Positions 59,275-64,000 of a stretch of 64,000 bases of DNA are shown in pieces. Under the pieces are notes generated by a model. It worked only from the letters and a program-made list of their open reading frames with translations. It ran no database searches and was not told where the DNA came from. This stretch comes from Octopus sinensis (taxonomy: Eukaryota): assembly GCF_006345805.1 (NCBI RefSeq), contig NW_021826031.1:310001-374000 (forward strand), read 5' to 3'. A program made the translations under genes and the position numbers. How positions within the stretch are numbered: the first letter of the stretch is position 1; every line of letters starts with the position of its first letter.

Positions 59275-59520
59275 TCATGCGAATAGTACAGTGATTAAGC
59301 GTCGGTTTAAGCGACATAGGTCTGAGTTCAAGCCTGGCTGTTGTCCTTTTAGTGGACGGTCTTTGCATCTACGATGTTTTGAAAAAGGTTTGACAAGTGA
59401 CGCCATCATTAGTGGCCCTCCACTGTGGGATCGCATTGTCTAAAAAAAATCCAAACAAAAAAAAGTAAAGACCCCCTGGCCCTACTTCCATTAATTAAAA
59501 AATCATTCCTTGGCCATAAG
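59275..59520 (+). repeat. tRNA-derived SINE-like sequence (second family)
   Basis: A-box-like TAGTACAGTGATTAAGCG and B-box-like GAGTTCAAGCC at tRNA-like spacing, without a full cloverleaf. Single copy in this window. Confidence 0.45.
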
Positions 59521-60464
59521 ATTGATTAAAATATTAACTCTACTTAAATAGTGTGTTTCTTGCCTATTCTGGGCTATAAAATACTATGGCTCTTGTGGTA
59601 AGGCTAATAATAATAAGTCATGCAAATACATTGATTCAATACATTTTTCTTATTAAAATGTTTAAAAAACACAATTTCCTCAAAACCATATTTCCACTTA
59701 TGAATGTAAATTCCATTTCCAGCCGATCCAGGGATGCTCTTGGGTGTCCCAGTGTAATATGGAGTCCTGGTCTTGAGCGTCCTGAACAGATAAATATACA
59801 ACGCGAAAGTCAAAATTATTCTTATTCTTGTTTGTTTCCTCGTCTTGATAAACTTAGGTCATTATTATGTCACTATTCTTCTTATAAGATTTTAGTTTTT
59901 CTAACATACTATTGCTTATTTATCCCTGAGTCAAGTATCATAATATCGTCAGCATAAATAATCATTTTGGTGTTTTTGATATAAACATTATGCTTTTGTA
60001 TATTATCATAACCAATAAAAATGTCATTATTTCCATAACTTTGACGCATCGTATCTGCAAATATCATTTAGAAATGTATCTACTTAAAAATCATCTTTTT
60101 TAAAAATCTCACTCATGGAAATAATGCCTCCATTTTGTTTGCAATGCGTTTTTGCTTGAAAATTAGTTTACGATTCTTGATTCAATTGTCTTTATTACAA
60201 TATAAATATTCGTTCAGCCTATTTCACTCTATTAAAAAGTATAATACATTTATACGGAATGAAAGTAAAATACATTTTATAATGTTTAAATCTTATGAAA
60301 GTAATGAAAAGAAAATATCAAGCTTGAATTATAAGCTTAACTGAAATTAAATCAAAGAAGGTAATTTAAAAAACGGTTTATTTTAGATTTTGAAATTAAC
60401 GATGAGAAAACAAAAGTTAGAAAATAACGAGAAAACGAAATTTAAATAATAAAGCAAAAGAAGT

Positions 60465-63328
60465 GGAATCTCTGTATGTTGTCTGCAGGAGACCAACGTC
60501 CCCAATGGCCTTGATGAAACGATTAACGGGTACCGACTGCTGCTGCTGCCGTTAGACTGCCGACATTACGGGATGGGCTTCGCAGTTCGCACGGACGCAG
60601 ATGTGGTAACTCATAGAGCGTGGAAAATCAACGACAGAATTACCATCCTTCAACTACGCCTTGGAAACAATCGCAAAACAACCGTATCGATAATTAATGT
60701 ATATGCACCGACCACAATGAGGGTATCCGCCAACGCAGAGAAACTCGACGATTTCTACTCCTCCCTATCATCGGCTTATTCATCACTGTCCAGCTCCTAC
60801 ATGCTCTTTATAGCTGGGGATTGGAATGCCAAAGTGGGAAAAAAGCTTGAAGAATCGAATTGCCTGGGAAGACACGCTCGAGGGTTCAGAAATCTGTCTG
60901 GGGAGGCACTCATACACTTCTGTGAATCATTCGGTCTGTTCCTCTGTAACACGGCATTCCGACATTCAGCTCGACATATTACGACGTGGACAGGCCAGAG
61001 GAGAGACTGCTATGGAAATCTTGTTCACATATTTAACCAAATCGACTACATACTATGCAGACAAACACAGAAGGCGTTACTCACGGACTCCCGTACGTAC
61101 AATGCCATGATTACCTCGAGTGATCACCGACTACTGGTGGCACGCCTCATTCTAAAGCGACGCTTTGGAATCTCTGGAGTACTTGCAGCTCGCACACAGG
61201 GCAGGAACTTTGCCGTGGAGACCCTATGTGTTCCAGACCATACTCGTATAAAGTATGGCGAGAAAATACTCAAACTGTTGGACAATATCGACTCGAATGC
61301 GTCTCCCGGACTACTATGGAAGCATATTTCGATCAGAGTTAAGAAGGCCGCACAGACGGTACTGGGAAATCGTCCAAGGGGATTCAAGGGGACTTTTGAC
61401 AAAAAAATAGACAAACTTGCAAAAGAACAAAGGAAACTCCGTCTCCTAATTGAATCGTCAAACTCGACTGGCCTCGTTGATTCTCTTAAAAGAAAACGCA
61501 ACGAAATTAAATACAGAATAAAGAAAAGGGTCAAAGAGCTAGCTAGGCTTACATTAGATAACCTGGCAAAGGACATCGACCGATACAAAAATGGAGCAAA
61601 AATGTTCGCTGCAGCCAAGAAACTATCCCGGAATACCAAACCGGAGAGAATTGTAATCTTCGATGATGCGGGAAAGACCATAATCGATGACCAAGAATCA
61701 GCAAACAAAATTGCAGCCTTTTACAAAGGACGACTAAATATCAATGACCACCTGGAACCATTCGAAGGAACACCCAGAGGACTTAATAAAGACATCACCC
61801 GCTATGAAGTCCTCTCAGCCTTGAGCAAGCTGAAAAATGGCAGAGCTTCGAGACCAGACAACGTGACTGCAGAGTTATTAAAATACGCGCCGGACAGAGT
61901 GGTTGAGTTGATCTGCACAGTCCTGAACAGGACGTTCAAATGCCACAGCCCATTTGATGTGGGGAATGCCACTTTAATCCCAATCCAGAAACCTGGAAAG
62001 GAGAAAGGAAATCTAAACAGCCTACGCCCGGTTACGCTAATGAATACGCTAAGGAAAATACTTTCCCTTGTTGTGCTGGATCGTATTTCAGGACCTTTAA
62101 ATAAGTTCCTAAACCCGAGTCAAAGTGGATTCAGACCTGGAAGGTCGACAGCAGACGTAGTATGGAGCCACAGATGGCTGTGTGCAATGTGCCAGAAACA
62201 CAAAGAAGAAATCTCAATCCTTGGAATTGATCTATCCCGTGCCTTCGATACAATCAACCGCAAAAAGCTGATGCATGTATTGGAAGGCATCCTAGATGGG
62301 GATGCATTACGTATGATCAGATTCTTACTCGCCAACACATCGCTATCCGTGCGTGTGGGAAACTATACCTCGATGAAGTTTAAAACCGACACTGGCGTAC
62401 CTCAGGGCGACTCGTTATCTCCGGTTCTATTCATAATCTACCTGGAGGCAGCCCTAAGACCTCTTCGGAGGAATAAATGCTTTACCAACGTGATGGAAGT
62501 AATTTACGCCGACGATATTGATTTCGTCTCCCGAGATCAGGACTCACTGGAAAACTTATTAAAAGTGATCCCTCATTCGTTGAAGGACTGGTCCCTTGTA
62601 ATAAACCCGGACAAAACGGAAAGAACTACCATATCCCGCCTGGGGACGAGAAACGAGGAGAAGTGGAGAATATGCAAGAAAGTTGGATCTCTCCTTGGGG
62701 ACTCGGAGGACGTTATTCGAAGGAAAGTGCTGGCTGCTGCATCCTTCAAAAAAATGTGGATGATCTGGATGAGGCGCAAGTACATAGGAACCCGCCTTCG
62801 AATTCGGCTGTACAGCTCCTTTGTCGAACCAATCTTGCTTTACAACGCGGGGACCTGGGGCCTAACCGCTAAAGAACTGGAGCAGCTCAACTCTTTCCAC
62901 AGAAAACAACTACGACTACTCCTGGGAATTCACTGGCCAAAAAAGATGACCAATAATGAACTCTACAGAATCACCCATACATCCGAGATTGCAAAGAAAG
63001 TGATTTTCACGAAGTGGATGCTCTTTTGACATGTCCTAAGAGCCTCGGAAATAACGCCGGCCAATCAGAACATGGAATCCTACTTCTGCTCATTAAATAA
63101 AACGGCATATAGGGGCCGACAAAGAACAACATTACCGACTACGCTCGACCATGATCTCACGTCGATTGAAAGGAAACTGAAATCGGCCGATGATCTGGAC
63201 GAACTGAGATACCTCGCACGTAACAGGGGAGCGTGGATACGACTAACAGAGCGTATCCTGAGTCGGATGGCAAAAGTGGAATCTTAATTAACTTTTTGAT
63301 TCCGCGAGATTGCTTTAATAATAATAAT
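60465..63328 (+). mobile_element. RTE-clade retrotransposon, slightly 5'-truncated, nearly intact
   Basis: 13-bp TSD AAGCAAAAGAAGT at 60452-64 and 63329-41, with a (TAA)n tail. The 818-aa ORF carries APE and RT (GVPQGDSLSP, YADD). One nonsense codon at 63027-29 falls in LF(G)HVLR. Confidence 0.95.
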
Positions 63329-64000
63329 AAGCAAAAGAAGTTGGAGATTTAGTATTGGTTGAAAAAAGGACCTAACGACGATTTAAAATATTACAAATTT
63401 AAATTAGTTTATGAAGGTTTTTTTTGAATTTTATTACAAAAAATCTTTTCGGAAACAAAATTAGAAGCAACAATTCTGAGCAAAAAAAGAAATAGTAAAT
63501 TTTGAATTAAAGTAAATTGTTAAACTTGGTTGGAAGGCTTTTGTGATTGTGATTTTAATGGTGAATTGCATGGATGGAAACTTTCTTGGGCTATTTTGTA
63601 AAGGAACCCTGTTTCGTTTCTTTTTTAGAGCCTTAAATTTCCCATTTTTAAATTCAATACAAATTTTTCAAATGATATTCGAAAAATACACAGTAGATTA
63701 GCCATTTAACAAAAAAATTTAATGAAAATATTCATTTTAAGAAAGTCAATATATTTTATACCTTTTTCCTTAGATAAATTCAAAAATATTTTGTTTGTAT
63801 TGATAAATATTTAAATATATGTATATATTTATTCCGTTTATTTGAGATTTTATTTAAACTAATTTATATTAATTCTGTGGTTTTGTTGTTAACCATGTAC
63901 TCATTTAATTTCACTTTTGAATATGAAATAGGCCAAAAAAAATATAATCAAACAATCCCTACCGAACTTCCTTTAAATAAAACAATAAATGAACATTGCC

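Noticed and set aside
59586-60344. Short hydrophobic ORFs
   Set aside because: AT-rich chance ORFs with no recognisable motif.

Overview
AT-rich eukaryotic nuclear DNA with very short GT-AG introns (24-40 nt where they can be read). The diaphanous-type formin, FAU, annexin and TTAGGG repeats look animal-like. A compact parasitic metazoan (dicyemid or myxozoan type) is my inference only. Bases ~1.8-33.8 kb are a dense nest of transposons: three Ginger/Tdd-type (TGT...ACA) elements, RTE and CRE-clade non-LTR retrotransposons, Tc1, pogo/Tigger, hAT and two Merlin elements, many with readable TIRs and TSDs. Bases ~34-59 kb are mostly host genes: mitochondrial RNA polymerase, annexin, PIP5K, TFIIE-beta, Cdc25, Cks1, FAU, an NSUN-like gene, a RING protein, and decayed MSH5-like and RRM1 fragments. 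A near-complete RTE follows at 60.5-63.3 kb. The most striking observations are (1) a 703-bp TGTGAC...GTCACA element with a perfect 5-bp TSD that carries a 235-bp telomere-like array, (2) an RTE with a 5' inversion inside one 17-bp TSD, (3) a ~1.3-kb Ginger element swollen to 10 kb by five nested insertions, and (4) a Merlin transposase gene with five 24-26-nt introns. Many frameshifts are single-base changes in short homopolymers and may be assembly errors. Coordinates were read by eye, so those marked approximate may be off by tens of bases.
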